A DNA stretch of 64,000 nucleotides from Podarcis melisellensis (Eukaryota), in NCBI GenBank assembly GCA_964234715.1, contig OZ174290.1; one strand, 5' to 3'. Shown piece after piece: positions 37,827-52,398 of the stretch (position 1 is the stretch's first letter; each line of letters opens with the position of its first letter). The notes under the pieces were generated by a model that had not been told where the DNA came from, ran no database searches, and worked only from the letters and a program-made list of their open reading frames with translations. A program made the position numbers and the translations under genes.

Positions 37827-40800
37827 ATAAAATCTTTAATGTACCTTAAACTGAGCCTGGGTTTGGGTTTGGGCGTGGTTTAAGTGGTGGCTTGTGTTTT
37901 ATGACTCCTGTAATTTTTGAGTATTTGCAGCCCATGAAAATATTAAATAAAAGTGATTTGTGAATGCCAGGCCATTTAGGTTAATCTTCACCACATTGTG
38001 TTTGCTGGAAGGTGGAGAACTGAGCTGGAGAGACTATGATTGCTTCAAGGTTGGTTGTGAAGCAAAGGGCTGCTATGAAGTGTGTGTGTGAGAGTAACAT
38101 ACACTGAGAGGCTTTTCTCAGGTCAGGAGGACATTTTCATATGCTGACAAGCTCTAGTGGGGAGTTGTATTCACCTCTGGCAGCAAAAAACAAAATTTGT
38201 GGCACCATAAAGATAGAGCAGATTTATTGTAGCACAAACTTTCATGGGCATAAGTATTCATGGGCGAGTACCTGCTTCATCAGAAACATGAGGTCGCCAC
38301 CTAGGTGGGTTTTAGGTACTGGGTCTCTACTCTGGTGTGGTCAAAGAGAAGAAACACCATGGTGCACCTGTAGCAGGAAAACCAGATACCTTCATCTGCC
38401 CCACCTGCAATAAAACATGTCTTTCTCATATCAGTCTCTACAGCTACAGCCGGTGCTGTAACCCTTCAATGTGCACTCTTCCATTGTCTCCTGAGGCAAA
38501 CAGATGCCAACAATATCCTTTTGTCTCTCTATCCTTAAGTCTCCATGCCTAGTGTCCAAACTGCAGGTTCAGACCAATGGGGTGGCTCTCCAATGCTGCT
38601 GGAGCAGCAGCAGCAAAGTGCAGACCCTCCCCGGAAGCCCCCCTTACAAATAAATCCAGGACTAGAGCAGATGGTTCAGGATTGTTCCTGCCTCATGGCT
38701 CTTCTAATATATATACATGCAACTCCCAATTTTCTCATGGGTTATGGTCCAAGGCACCACACTTTTAAATGAAATCACGTATGTGTGAAGCACCTTTGAG
38801 AAGTCTGCAAACACCCCCGGCCCATTCTGCCTCTTTTGGTGATGTTTTGGGGTCACTTCCAGTTTTGGTGTGATGCGCAGTCATGCACATATTGGACACT
38901 CCTAAAATGGTTGTAGGAAGCTAGTTAAGGCAACTGACCAAGGCACAAACAGCTAGAATTCTCATTTCCCAATGTGTTTTTTTCAAATCTTCTGCCTCAT
39001 CTCACTTTCCTTTACTCAAAATTTGAGTCATGGTTAAAGTTATACCCTGGCCTCCAAACTTGTTCATGTAAATGTAATATTCCTTAGTGTAGCATTTTCT
39101 AGTATCAATGTTCTTGGGGTGCACAGGAAAAGGCACTCATTAACTAGATCGTGACCACAGTCCACATATTATCTATGTAATACTTTGTGTTGAATTATGA
39201 GATTTAAATTCTGTTGGTTATTTGCAGGAAGTTTTGTTTGGTAACTTGGAATAGTTTGCACAGCTTTGAAAGAGGGGCATGTTAGGCATGACCAAGTAGA
39301 CTACTGCAGCAGCATTCTCATTGGATTAAGCCAGTTGAAATGGGTTGCCTCCCTCCCTCCTCCCCTCTCAGTTTTGAGTGAGCAACAACCTCCATGCTCC
39401 CAACAGTGTGGGTGGGTTGTGGTAAAATTGTCCCTTCTTTCTTATCCTCATTGACAGTCTTCCCCTCTGTAGATGATGTGGCTGCTATAAACTCTGAAAT
39501 GCATTTTTTATTCTGATCTTTTAAATTCTCATTCATGGGGAATCAATAGAGGGGTTAATAGAGGCTGGAAACTGTTCAGAAATATCCTGGCCAAACTGTG
39601 GAGGGCCATGGGAGCCTGAAATGCCATGGTAACATGCCAGGAGGTAATTTATTTTAAAAAACTTATTGGACCCAGTGAAGCATAAGTGCGAGGATAAGAG
39701 GAAGCGTATGCGCAAATGGGCAAAAGAATGAAATCCTTCAGATTTTCGGTGATTCCTGTAGCTCCACATGCAACTATCTTGAATTAACTTTTTTGTTACC
39801 CTTCCAATTTAATTTCTTCAGGTTGACCAGTTGTGAAGAAACAGCTGGTCAAAGCTCCTTTGGGCTGCCAGGGGAGGAAACGAAGGCCAGAGTTTCCTGC
39901 CTGCCAACTGAAATGGTGAATTGCTTTTGTAGAAAAAGAGAGTTACAGGACCAGCATGGAATTTTATCTGTTTCTTTGGCTTTAGCAGGGGACATAAATG
40001 TTCAAGCCACTCTGAAATTTCATTAATGCTGCAGATTAATTGAATATAGTTACAACATTGTGCTTCTGCTACAAAATGCCTTGAACAGATTTTATATATA
40101 GGCACAATTCAAGGATGCTCAACTTACTCTCCAACTCAGGTAATGTAATATTTCTTATTACCCTTTGAAAGTAATCTGCAGAAAGATCTGATACAAAGAT
40201 GCACAATAGGTTAGTTGAAGGAAGACAGGAACTGAAGCATTGAACTGAATAGAAAAATTGCATTGTGGAAGCAATAATGCTCTTTGCCATTCATTATTGC
40301 AATTATAATTATGCAACCTAAAAATTTAATTGGCATAGCATATTCTTCACAGTGAATAGATCTCATTGTTTCCTCTGGGGAAAACATCCACCCTCTTCTG
40401 CATCACAAACGCCTGTGTGCTGCTCATATGCTCTCAAGAGTCCCTTTGTTTACCTGATAAGTGATTAATGGAATCATGATTTTTGTGAGGTACCGTTGGC
40501 AGCGAAGGTCAAGTGAAGAAAAAGCTTCTTCCTAGACCCCAACTTTCAAAGAGCTTAATTGTTGAAACACTACATCTGTTCCTATTTGCGTAGTTCTACA
40601 AAACTGAGTGTTTGTGAGATAGGTTAGTGGAGGAAAAAACTTGCCATGGGAGTTCCTTCTTTAAAACAGTATTCTAAACTGACACACTTTTCAGGGAGGT
40701 GGGGCAAGTGTTTGGAGGAGCAGTTTGCAGCTGCAACGCTTTTAACTGAATCACTTCTTTGATGTGTCTCGATCCAGCCTTGGTTCATGAAAACCAGCAA

Positions 40801-42970
40801 GGGTATGAGAGGAATGGTGTGCGGAGTCCCAACATGTGTCATGTGGAACTTGCGTCATACATGACATTATGTCAGCAGAAGCTTCACTGGGTGCTTGCAT
40901 GTGTGTTGCAAGTACAAAGGTACCATGAGCAGAATATTATATATTCCCTATTTAATTTGTTATATACTCATGGGGTAGCAAATCAAGACTTGATCATTCT
41001 AGCATGCCTGTAACAGAATAATAAGTTTTCAAACAGTTAATATTTGACTTGCGAAACCTTAGATTCATAAGTTCTTTTGTTCCTCCCAAATTCCGGAATG
41101 CAGACTTTGTGGTTTGCATTTGAGTTACTCCCCACCCCCCGTCAACATTTCAATATATGAAAACAGGGAACAGAAAGCAGGTCCATCTAGCTCTATATTG
41201 CCAACATGGCTAGGCAGCTGTTCTCCAGGGTTTCAGGGAAGAAGAGGCTACAAGCCGTACCTGGAGATGTTGGGATCGAACCCGGGACATTCCACATGCA
41301 AAACAGACACTCTACTACTCAACTACAACCGTTCCCTAAAAGTTTCATTCTTTATTTTATTGATTCCTAGTTTCCGTACCAATTCTATTTATTAAGTGAC
41401 ACTAGTGATACATATAACTTTGGGTGGGAGACTTGCATTTCCACCAATGTTTATTGGAAGATATGCTGCTCTAAGGAAAGGGGTAGTGGGAGAAGTGGGA
41501 TAGATGTCTTGAGGATTCCCTTCCACCACAAATTCTTAGAGCTTTCCTGGGTTTGCCCCAGTTTTCTGGAATCGCCTAAATGAAATATGCCTTAGTGCAT
41601 ATAAAACTTTTTTTTTAAAAAAGTTAACTTTTAATTTAGTTTTAGAGGACATTATGAAGCTTATAACTTAGGTTATGTTATATCGGTGATGGTAGATTAC
41701 CAATAAATAGTAGTTTCCTTCTCCTAACTTGGCAGGGTATAAATACTATCGCAATCTGTGGGAAGGAAGATTGTACTTTCAGCTTCCTGAAAGGTTCATC
41801 TGAGTTCTGTCAGCCATCAGCACTTTAAAAGCGCCATTTTTCTCTTAAGAGCCTTCCTATAATTGCAGGAGCTGAGGGGGTGGACTGGAATTGACAGTCC
41901 TTGCATTATATGTAAACGCACCTTCGGGTATAGATTTGCCTGTGCGCGTTGCTGGAAAACATTTTTAGCAGCAACCCTCCTAATTTTTAACTTGCTGTTG
42001 CTGATGGGTTATGAAACTTGCACAGCCCACAACACAACACTGTCCATGTTCCAGGGTAGCTGTGAACGCATCATAAAATTAATGAAAAGACTTCAAAGTG
42101 TAGACAGAGTGTTAGAGGTTGGCTGAGCATGCTGGCTTTGAATGTACCTAGTTTCTTTGCTTAGAAGTGAGATGTGGCTGGCTGTGGTCAGTGTATTTTG
42201 AATTGGAGGCCTCCAAAAGAGAGCCTTGTTTGAAGACTATCTAGGGCACCAGACTTTGTCAAGTCACAGTTGAAGGGTAAGCCTTTGCCTTAGCTCAGTG
42301 CACTAGATAGCTTGGCTGCTTTTGGATGCAGGAGGTTCCTGGTTCAATTTCTTGCTGGAATGAGTTCCTCACAAATATGGATAATCCTTCATTTGATGTT
42401 TACTCACTTGGATACCTCTCTGTATTCTTCACTGTCCACATCAGCCTGTGCAATTTTTTATTTATCCTTGCTGGAATGCGCTTATTCATTAGATTTTTTT
42501 ATTAGAGTTATGGTTGAGATGGCACTTTCATTCCAAGTCCCCTTTTTCAAAGCCATATAACTTTGGAAAACAATTGTGTTTTTAGGGTACAAGGAGGTGT
42601 TCATTTTGTTCCTGTTTGTTGCAGTCTTAAAAAAAATAGTGAAGGGCATTTGAGAACCTACAGGAGAATATGGTCAAAACAGGAAGTATCTGCACTTCAA
42701 GTTATGTGTGTGGTACTTTGATTTTGATGAGGCTGGCATTTTGTCTAAATGAGGACAGCTCTAATTGCCATGAGATTCTAAGAACACAAAAGCATGTCTG
42801 ATTCATACCAAAGGCTATTCTTGTTATAGCATCCTGGCCTTTCAGTGGCCAACCAATTTCCTATGGTAAGCCCATGAGTTCATCTTGAGGGCCATATTAG
42901 TTGTGTGATGTTTCCCCCCAGCAACTGACATTCAGAGGCATTCTGTTTCTGACACTGAAGGAAGCATATA

Positions 42971-43172
42971 CAGTGGAACTTCAGGTTGCGAACGTGATCC
43001 ATGCGGGAGGCACGTTCGCAACCCGCAGTGCTGCGCAAAGCGCAATTTAGCGCTTCTGCACGTGCGCAAGTGCCAAAACCCAGAAATAACCCGTTCTGCT
43101 ACTTCCAGGTTTTGGCACGTCCATAACCTGAAAACGTGTAACCTGAAGCATCTGTAACCCAAGGTACCACTA
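42971..43172. mobile_element. MITE subfamily B (duplicate of 28811-29012)
   Basis: Same sequence at offset 14160. Confidence 0.85.
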
Positions 43173-46100
43173 TAACCATAATGATTAGTAGCCATTTTGT
43201 AATCTTACCCTCCGTGAATATGTCTGATCCCTAATGTAAAGGAACAGAGATCTCTAGCCTAGTTCATAAATTTGATGTCACACTTCACCAATAGGCTAGT
43301 ATGGGGTATGTCTAAGACTTATGACACAAGCTTTAACAAAATCTATTTTCAACTCCACCTCTCCTACACACAGAATGAGCTTGTCTCGACTAGGAACACT
43401 GGACAAGAGCTATCTTCTCCAGTGACTCTATCCCAAAAGCTGAACTTTTAAACTGTGTATGAGTTGCTGGTTGCAATCTTTTCCGAATTCTGTGCTTGCT
43501 AGAGGTACAGTGTATTGAATGCAACAGTTTAGATGTGACCATGATATTTGTTGCAGCTCAAAAATGGTCAGTTAGTCCTTTCCACCCAAATACGATTTGA
43601 ATTTGTTGTCTTGAACAATGCCCTCCTTCTCACCCCTCGCCAACTTCTCAGTGCTCTTGCAAGGAAAGACAACCATGTTTTGCACAAGGTTGATTTGCTT
43701 TCTGTGTCTGATGGGAGTGCCAGACTGTGCAGCAGATTGGAGGCTTGTGTAGAAGGCCTTATCTAACTCATAAATGGCCATCATGACACCCCCCACTGCA
43801 TTTGAATACTGGTAGTTGTGTTGATATGAGGAAAATACATTGGGGGAAAAGGGAAATAAGTTTAGCAGATGACGAAGGACCTTAACAAAATTGCCGAGCA
43901 ATTTAGGGACCCCATTACACAACTGCTTCTTCTTCCTTGAGTCGGTCTGTCTTAAATTTGCCCTTGTTCTTCTGGGTCAGATCAGTCAGTTGTAAGGAGA
44001 TAAAAATGACTGGTGCCTGTGACCCAGTACTTCATTCTGTTTTCAAGTAGGGAAAAAGCATTTTGCAGTGAAGGAAGAATAATGCTAAGTGCTGCTTGCT
44101 GTGCTGTTTTAAAGCAATGTTCATCTAGTATGTTCTAGGAGTTCCCAGCAGCTAGTGGAAAGAATCCTGTGATTTCTAGCCTAGTTTATTCATTGGGGCT
44201 ACCTTCTACCTCAGGTGGATGTTCTGTAGGAATGTCTTGTTAAATTGCCAATTGCCCTTGGAGTTCCGTGCCTGAACAACAGCATTTGATGTTGAGCAGA
44301 GCACCAGTGGAAGAAAAGCTTTTAAAAATTCTTTGTCTCCCATTATCATGTGTACCTTGATAAAGAGAACTTTAAATCCACCCATTATAATCGCAGAACA
44401 AGCTTTGGTGTTTGCCTTGGGGAGCCAAATGAGGATATAAGGCTTGACTTATCCTGTGGCTAGTTTTAACTCCTTCCTTTGCCTATAAGCAATACAAAAA
44501 TGAAATTAAGAAACCATTCTATGAACAATTTGTGCTCTGTCAGTTGTTCAGAATTTGGAAATAAGATTAATATCTCAAAACAAATGGATGTACTTCATGC
44601 TGGGTCAACGAATGATTCACAGGGCTTTGCTGTGGAACCAAAGGTGTCCACTGTGTTCAGCATCAAGGATCTGTGGATAACAATTTAGGGCTCAAATCAT
44701 TTTTTTCTGTAAATGGGCAAACCTAGCTGTAGTTATTTGTATACATAATTTCTGCTGCAAATATGTTAAAAATACAGTGCAACAGAGGTTCAATGGAGTG
44801 GACCCAGTCTGTCCAGGATTGTTTCATTTTAGTTGTGCTGACCCAGAGCCTTTGTGTAGGTAAGTTACTTTCCAGTGGCAATTTCAAACATAATGGTGGC
44901 TTTGAATTCAAAATCAGACTTCTGTAGTTCTGAAACTAGTTCAGGGTTACCAATAGGGTGATAGGGTTCAAATAAGATATTTCCAATTTTAGGAGATCAA
45001 ATATTGGCTGACTGTGCCTTAGCTGCTTTTTCCTCAAAGTTACAGTGTCATCAATAAGCATATTTCTGAGTGGGGGAGTTCCATATGTGCATCAAGGGAA
45101 TAATTGGTCAAGGAGTCCTGTGCTTGAGCATCCTTGATAATCCAGCCTTGTCTGTGAAAGGCATAAGAGGGACATTGGCAGGTTTCATACTTCCAGAATG
45201 TGGACTGGAATACATGCTTACTGCACACATGCTTACTGCACACTGGGGCATGGAAAGGAATTGTGTTTCTGCTTTATCAGTGTGTCATGCCTGTGCTCCC
45301 CCATGTTCCCCCAGCCCAGAGGGATCACAACCCAGGTAAGACAGAGGACGCTTGATGGAGAAGCACTGAATAAAGGACATAGGGAAAGTTACTGGTAGCA
45401 GAACAGGAAGAGGAGATGGGTTCTCCAGAAGAAATGTTTCAGCTTGCTGGAATTGGGTACATGTTGGTTTCTAAATCAGTAGCAAAGACTGTGGCCAAAG
45501 TTCTTATTTTATACTAAGTCTCAACAAAGAGAGTTCAGAACAGCTGTTGGGGAGGGGTTGTTTTTATCCCCCATTCCCAGTGAAAATTACAGAGAGTTTC
45601 TGGTTACTGTAGTCACACTTGCTTTGAATAAAACTCCCCAAGGATAAACCTAAAAGCAGTGAAACTTGACTAACAATCCATTTGGGAATCATTGTCGGTA
45701 TGAGCCAGATGAGTCAAATGTGATATTTGCAGCTTACAAAGCAGTTTGGGGGTGGGGGTGGGGGGAAAGAGCAGGGGAGAGAAGTAAGCAACAGAAAGTA
45801 GTTCTAAAAATATGTGCCAAACTGGTTGCTCAGAATAGGGAGGAAAAAAGTCCATCCCATTTTGTGACTTCAGTCCAAAGTTGACAAGATGGTGGGTTCT
45901 ATGCAACACTGCCACTTTTTCTGCCCTTTAAATGCCTTTTGACATTTAAAAGTTTAAATTCCATATGTGCAGGAAGTGAAACAATTTCAGATGTTTAGAT
46001 TCTTGGGACTTAGCATCTTGGAATGGTGATGGTTCTGGGAGTGCTACTGATCGTGCAGATTCAGTGCATAGGAAGATGAATTTTTCATAGAGCATTGACC

Positions 46101-47217
46101 CAAAATGTACAGAAACAAATGATTTATCATTTCACCATGCTAGTCATTTAAGGTGCTACAAAAAGTGTTTGTTTTTGGAAGTAACCAAAGCAACAAATTT
46201 TTAATACTGTAGTTCCTTCATTAAGATGCTCTCCACCCCTGTGACAGAAATATTCTAGTCCATAAATTTAAAAAGATTGTCACCATCCATCTAAAGGCTG
46301 TTTTTGATGTTGCTACTTATTCGTCTGTTGGTTATCTGCCCCACAAAGTGTATGGCGGGGGGGGGGGGGAGAGAGAGAGAACTTGATACGCAGATATATT
46401 GTGTGTAACACTTGGCAGCAAGAGTTGGAATTGGATTACTAGCTGCTATTCTAGCAAGTAAGCCCAAATGGTGTTTTTATAGCTTATCTCTCTTCATCTG
46501 TGTTCTGTGGGCTTTGCTTGCCAAGTGTTAACGGAAACATTCTCTGCAGTATCAGTCCACCAGCCTCCTTGAAATCTCTGCTTCTCTTTTCCACATACAT
46601 TTTTTCCTAAACCAAAGAGGTTGTATGGTCATAAATCAAACCCCAGCAGCCCTGTAGATGAAATGACTTTCCACAACTGCATGAAACGTGATCATTTAAT
46701 GTCTAGCAGGATTTCCCACCTGAGTCAACAAATTCAGCACTGGATAAGTGGGCCGCCTTGCCCTGGAAGTTTTACCCCTCCTTTTGGATTTCATGTCCGT
46801 CTCTAGTTGTTTATTGGAGGGTGGAGAAAAATGCCTACCTTGCTACAAAACTGTAACCCGTCACCATGTCTTCTCAAAAGAGGAGCATGCCCCACATGGC
46901 CTCTCTTGTCTAGAGCAGCCTTCTGTTCTCACAGTGTATGTACATTGCCAGCCTTGATCCTAATGAGTGCTTGTTTCTGACATTTAGTCATGTGCTGAAT
47001 TTAGATGTGCATTATGAGAATTGGCGTAGAAACTGTGTTGTTTGGCGTTACTTCAGGTACCTCAAAATCTATGAAAGTTGAGACAATAGGATCTCGTGTC
47101 AAGAAAAGCACTCCTATTTGTGGTTCCCACTTTCCTACCTGGTATGGTAACTTGCATGCTCTCAGAAGAATGATTTGGGAGTGTTAACTCAAACTTGAAA
47201 TTCAGTGATGATATTCC

Positions 47218-47614
47218 TGTTGTTGTTTAGTCGTTTAGTCGTGTCCGACTCTTCGTGACCCCATGGACCAGAGCACGCCAGGCACTCCTGTCTTCCACTG
47301 CCTCCCGCAGTTTGGTCAAACTCATGCTGGTAGCTTCGACAACACTCTCCAACCATCTCGCCCTCTGTCATCCCCTTCTTCTTGTGCCCTCCATCTTTCC
47401 CAACATCAGGGTCTTTACCAGGGAGTCTTCTCTTCTCATGAGGTGGCCAAAGCATTGGGCCTCAGCTTCACAATCTGTCCTTCCAGTGAGCACTCAGGAC
47501 TGATTTCCTTCAGAATGGATAGGTTTGATCTTCTTGCAGTCCATGGGACACTCAAGAGTCTCCTCCAGCACCATAATTCAAAAGCATCAATTCTTCGGTG
47601 ATCAGCCTTCTTTA
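47218..47614 (-). mobile_element. Bov-B LINE fragment (duplicate of 33058-33454)
   Basis: Same sequence at offset 14160. Confidence 0.93.
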
Positions 47615-48990
47615 ACCATGCTAAAAATGCAAATGATTAACTGTAGACACTGAGCAAACATGGGATACAACCACAGTTACTTAGTTGTTATTGAACCCTT
47701 ACCACCACTAATGATTATCTGTGCTTCACAGTAATTAAAACAAGAGTTGTGGTTTATTTTGTTGTCCTTGACAAGAGGTTCATCCACACTTATGCTTGCC
47801 CCCACCACTTTTCCTCCAGGTAAACCCACTGTTTACTACTGAAGCGGAGTAAACATCAGCTGGGTTTTGTCCAGATCAATGTTTGCTCCGATTCAGTGGT
47901 AAAGAGTGGGTTGTCCAGGGGATAGCAGTGGGGCAAAGGCAAAACCACTCAGACCCATGTCCAGAAAGCATGGAACAAGTGGAAAACCACTCAGATAAAT
48001 GTTTTCTGGGCACAGGACAAGCGGGACTATGGACGAGCTATGGGGTAAACACCAGTATACTGTAATTGCTTTCCTCTCTCCTAAGCTCTCTGTATCCTTG
48101 ATCAAATCCAGTCCTTTTTAATGCTACGGTGTGGCTAACATTATGAACTGCAAAATTCCCAGTAAAAGGTAATTTCAGCCACATGGTCTTTAGATAAATC
48201 TTTGGTTGCATTTAAATGTACCATTTCTCTTTTCCCCCTAAAACCCCTGTGCCTACACAGTTCCTGCTTTTCTTGCTTGCTCAACACAATAGAGAGCTGT
48301 TTGGTTTGTTCCTGTTATAGGTTGCTCTTAAGTCTGATCATGCAGTCTTTGTTTGAAGCAAACTCTCCAGACCAGATTGCACACAATGGTTTGTACTGGT
48401 ATACTTTATGGGTTTACCATAGGAATAGATGAATCAGTAAGTTTTTGTCTCTTTCAACTTTGCATATGTTTGTCCATAAGTTTTGTCCCATTATCTGCAT
48501 TAAGTTATGATTTTTAAAAGATATGTATGAAGATTCATATTCAAATAATGTGTTTTATCTCAATATATACATTCCTAAATATATTTTATTCTAAAATACA
48601 CTTTTCCATGCATTTAGATTTTAAATAATCAAATAAATGTACTATATCACAGAATTTGGAGAAGTGCAGTATCTATGGGTTAAATATGTTCAAATCCACA
48701 CATCAGCCTGGGGAGTGCAAATTAGATGAGCTTACTTAAACATGTTTATCTCCTTAGAAAAGTATTTAGGTAATATGTGAATTACTTTCTGTGCTGTTAC
48801 GTATTTTGATACATGCCCCAAAGCAATGTGGCACTTTTCAGATTTAATCTTTATGAACCAATTAATATATCAATACATCACATGTATATGGAACTGCTTT
48901 CAAATATTAAAAATACAAATGGAATCCACTGCTATATGGTGATTCTGCAGAAGTTTTTTCAGAATCTAATAAAGGGTAACCAAGTTAATA

Positions 48991-49221
48991 CAGTGGTACC
49001 TCGGGTTAAGTACTTAATTCGTTCCGGAGGTCTGTTCTTAACCTGAAACTGTTCTTAACCTGAAGCACCACTTTAGCTGATGTGGCCTCGCGCCGCTGTC
49101 GCACGATTTCTGTTCTCATCCTGAAGCAAAGTTTTTAACCCGAGGTACTATTTCTGGGTCAGTGGAGTCTGTAACCTGAAGCATATGTAACCTGAAGCGT
49201 ATGTAACCCGAGGTACCACTG
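48991..49221 (+). mobile_element. Tc1/mariner-type MITE, subfamily A
   Basis: Perfect TIR CAGTGGTACCTCGGGTTA / TAACCCGAGGTACCACTG with TA TSD. Confidence 0.92.
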
Positions 49222-51339
49222 TATAAACATTTGCTTGCCCTTCTGCCATTGCTTTCTAACAACTGACATGCAACATTCATTTTTTTTTTTGAAGACTTGT
49301 AACTGTTTCATGATAACAAGCACTCACATAGGAGTGTAAGTCAAGAAAAATTTGGACAGTTATCTCTGATAGGATTAGGTGAAAGAAGAATTGGAGAACA
49401 CATTGGATTATATGAGGCAGTACCCAATTTTGGCGTTGTGTGTTGCTTGTACATCCAGGCTTGAATTGCACATTAGACATTACTTATGTTTAATGCAGTA
49501 TATAACATTTTAAGTCCTCAGCTGTTTAAAAACACTTCCAGTAAAACAGAAGCAACATTTTTATCATCTTGCAACGTCGTTTAATGGACGTTTTGAAATC
49601 CTAATTTCATGTAAAAGGGATCAGGCCAGCCTGCCCCATTTACACAGCATATCGCCTTCTGCGGTGACTGAAGGATTGAGTGAGTTGATCCACCATCACA
49701 GGTGTTTGCATCGCACTTGAGTTCTTGGCAGCATTTCAGCAAATGACATCTAATAATTAACCTGTCCAGATGTTGACAAGTGGCAAGTCTTGCTTGGACA
49801 GGGCCTGGTTTCCAGCTGCTTGATTAAATGGAGGAAGATGCTGAAATCAATTAGTGTGGCTGGGAACCAGGATAATGGGAAACAGGCAGCTGCTAGATAG
49901 TTTTGCCGAAAGCATGATCATTTATTTGGGCAGCAAGATACAGGGCATCAGTGATGTGGGCCTTGTCTCATGGTTTGTGTATTATTTATTTAATAATTTT
50001 ATAGCGTGCGCCACCGAGCACTGGCATACAAATGCTCTTTTTAAAATGACACAGTAAAGACAAAATGGCCCATTTCTTAAAATATTATTGCAGCATTGTC
50101 CATCTCAACATTTGAACAGCAAAGGTCAAAAATAAAGTCACTAAATGTGTGGGAAGCTCAAAATATTATTGGGTCTTAGCATGGTGTCTAAATGGTGTCA
50201 GGGTTAGTAGGTGAGCTTCCTTGGAATTTTTCCCTAGAGGCAGGCAGCCACCACTGAAAGGAATCTCTCTCTCGTAGCTACCAGAAGGTGAGGGCTTCCA
50301 GAGGAAATCCTCGACGACAATTCAATAATCTGGGCTCCTAGGCACAGATTACTGCTTCCAGGCATCTATTCAGCTTTTTCCTCTGCCTCACATGAATTGG
50401 GTGTAAAGGCAGATGATGAACACAGCTAACTGGTGGAAGTGTGCATAGGCAGGCAGAACATATTCACTTATCTTGTTAAGTACAAAGCCATATTGGGGGG
50501 GGGGGTACTTTAAGCCGTTGAGCTTAATTTGTTTTTATTCGAACCTGCCTTGTTTCCTTTTTGGAACACCAAACTTCCACAGTTAACTTGTTAGCTTGTT
50601 TATACAGTGCCCTTTAGTTTGTACACTGGTATTTTCCATAATAATAGTAAAAAACACACAGCTTTCTTTCCCAAGGAGCTTACAGTCTAAATTTAGACAA
50701 GTAAGGGACAGAAGGCAAGGCCGGGGTGGGATGTGTGGAGAGAAGCAAGTGTAGCAAAGGAAGAATGTGAGCAAATGCTCTCTGTGGAGGTGCAAAGTGC
50801 TAAGTTAAAACCCTCTGTGTGCCTTATTTTAGTCAGTATATATGTGTCGCAACTTGCTTGCAGCAGTTAAAACAACATACAAAATATATATTGGGCTGCA
50901 GTCGCTTGAGTTCCGTAACTCATTCTTACATGGCTTTCATTGTGAATGTTGGCAGATGGTGAGTGTGTTAGTCTCCTGTTAGTTAATATGCAGCTTCATG
51001 TGGCTTTATCTCTGTGCCGGATATCTAGCCTCCATAGTTTGTTTATTTTTTTAAACTATTTTTTCTCTTCTAATTTGGTTTATGAATGCCACAGCACTCT
51101 TTTGCAAATCAGTAGGTTGCAAATTTATGAAATAACTCATCTTGAATAGGCCTTTGAAAAAGATTTGGTACATGGAATTAATCACGGAAGATGAAAAGCA
51201 ATGGACTTGTCCTTTCCTTTAATGTTGCCATTGGATGTGGTAATAGGTTGGTTGGGGGCCAACCAACAAACACTTTGCAGACAAGGTTGGGGTACTGTGA
51301 GTTTGACTGATCGCCTACTCAGCTGAGTGTTTTTCAACC

Positions 51340-52130
51340 TGTTCAGAAGAGATTGCACTTCCTTAAAGGATCAGGTTCACAGTTTGGCAGTGTGTTTGGA
51401 TCTGGCATTGTCACTAGAGGCATTAGTGGACTCTGTTCTTAGAAGAGCTTTTTGTCACCTTAGGTTGATATAGCGACCATGTGGGACTGCCTTTAAAAAT
51501 GCAGCAAAAACTTAAGTTGGCTCCAAAACGGATGGTAGGTTTGCTAACAGGGACTGGGTGGTATGATAATTCTACACTCAAAGCTTTATCATCTGCATTG
51601 GCTCTCAGTCAGTTTACAGGGTTAATTCAAGCACCTGGTCTTAATCCTTAAAGTTTAAACGATGGGACCAGAATTCTTAAAGCAACTTTTGCCGGCCCAG
51701 TGCTCTCCAGATGTTTTAGACTGCATCCAGGTGGCAAAGGCTGACTGAAAGGATGGCCTCACAGATAAACCTTCCTGGACCTTAAGGTCTTCTGAATCCC
51801 TTCTCAAAGCCATCCCTTAATGAGAGGCTCCCCTGGTACCTACGCTTTGATCTTTTCTGTACTGGGTGAAGATCCTTATATTTTCCCAGGATTTTAAACA
51901 TCTTTTAATAATTAATAGAGTTTTGCTATTTTTAGAGTTTAACATTTGAAACTTTGGTGGTGGCTGGGAACTTATTATATATGTTTTATTTTGCTGATAG
52001 TTTTTATTATGTGTCAACATTTTCTGGCTGTGATTTTCAGCTTTTAATGTAACTAACCTCTTATTGTAAGCCCCTCAAACCCCCAGACATTTCCTAACTG
52101 GGCAGTTTATAGATGTATTTGTAAATAACC
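51340..52130 (+). mobile_element. Decayed L2 LINE (ORF2 C-terminal part and 3' tail)
   Basis: Translatable remnants LPLKDQVHSL..LDLALSLEALVDSV..AFCHLRLI (with a frameshift), VGLPLK..KLKL and LHWLSV...FK.LVLI match L2 ORF2 motifs. AT-rich tail with GTAAGCC..GGCAGTTTATA. Confidence 0.75.
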
Positions 52131-52398
52131 AAATAATTGTGTAGTTCCAAAAGCATGTGAACCAGAGACTTCATTTAGCTGTTGCCTTAAAACAACAGCA
52201 ACAATGTTTTGAAAGGTTGCTGTTTTTTCCCACCTTGAGAGCTGAAAAGGGATCTAATGAGCTGTTTACAATATAGCATCTCAACTTGAAACTCTTGGAA
52301 ATTATTGAGCACACTAGTGGCTTCTGTGAACAGCTTCATCTTCGGAGCAGAGCCACCACCTGGAAGTATGTTAAGTTACAGAAAGAGAAGAGAGAGAG

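Larger units (their letters stand above)
33849..47808 (+). repeat. Copy 2 of the ~14 kb direct duplication
   Basis: Starts TTGAGAAGCACTGC (=19677) and ends GCCCCCACCAC (=33648), then runs into unique sequence. Confidence 0.98.

Noticed and set aside
47805-47826. Recursive-splice-like pyrimidine tract AG|GTAAAC (also 59081-59096)
   Set aside because: The reconstituted donor GTAAAC is weak against the GTAAG consensus of vertebrate recursive sites, and such matches are expected by chance.
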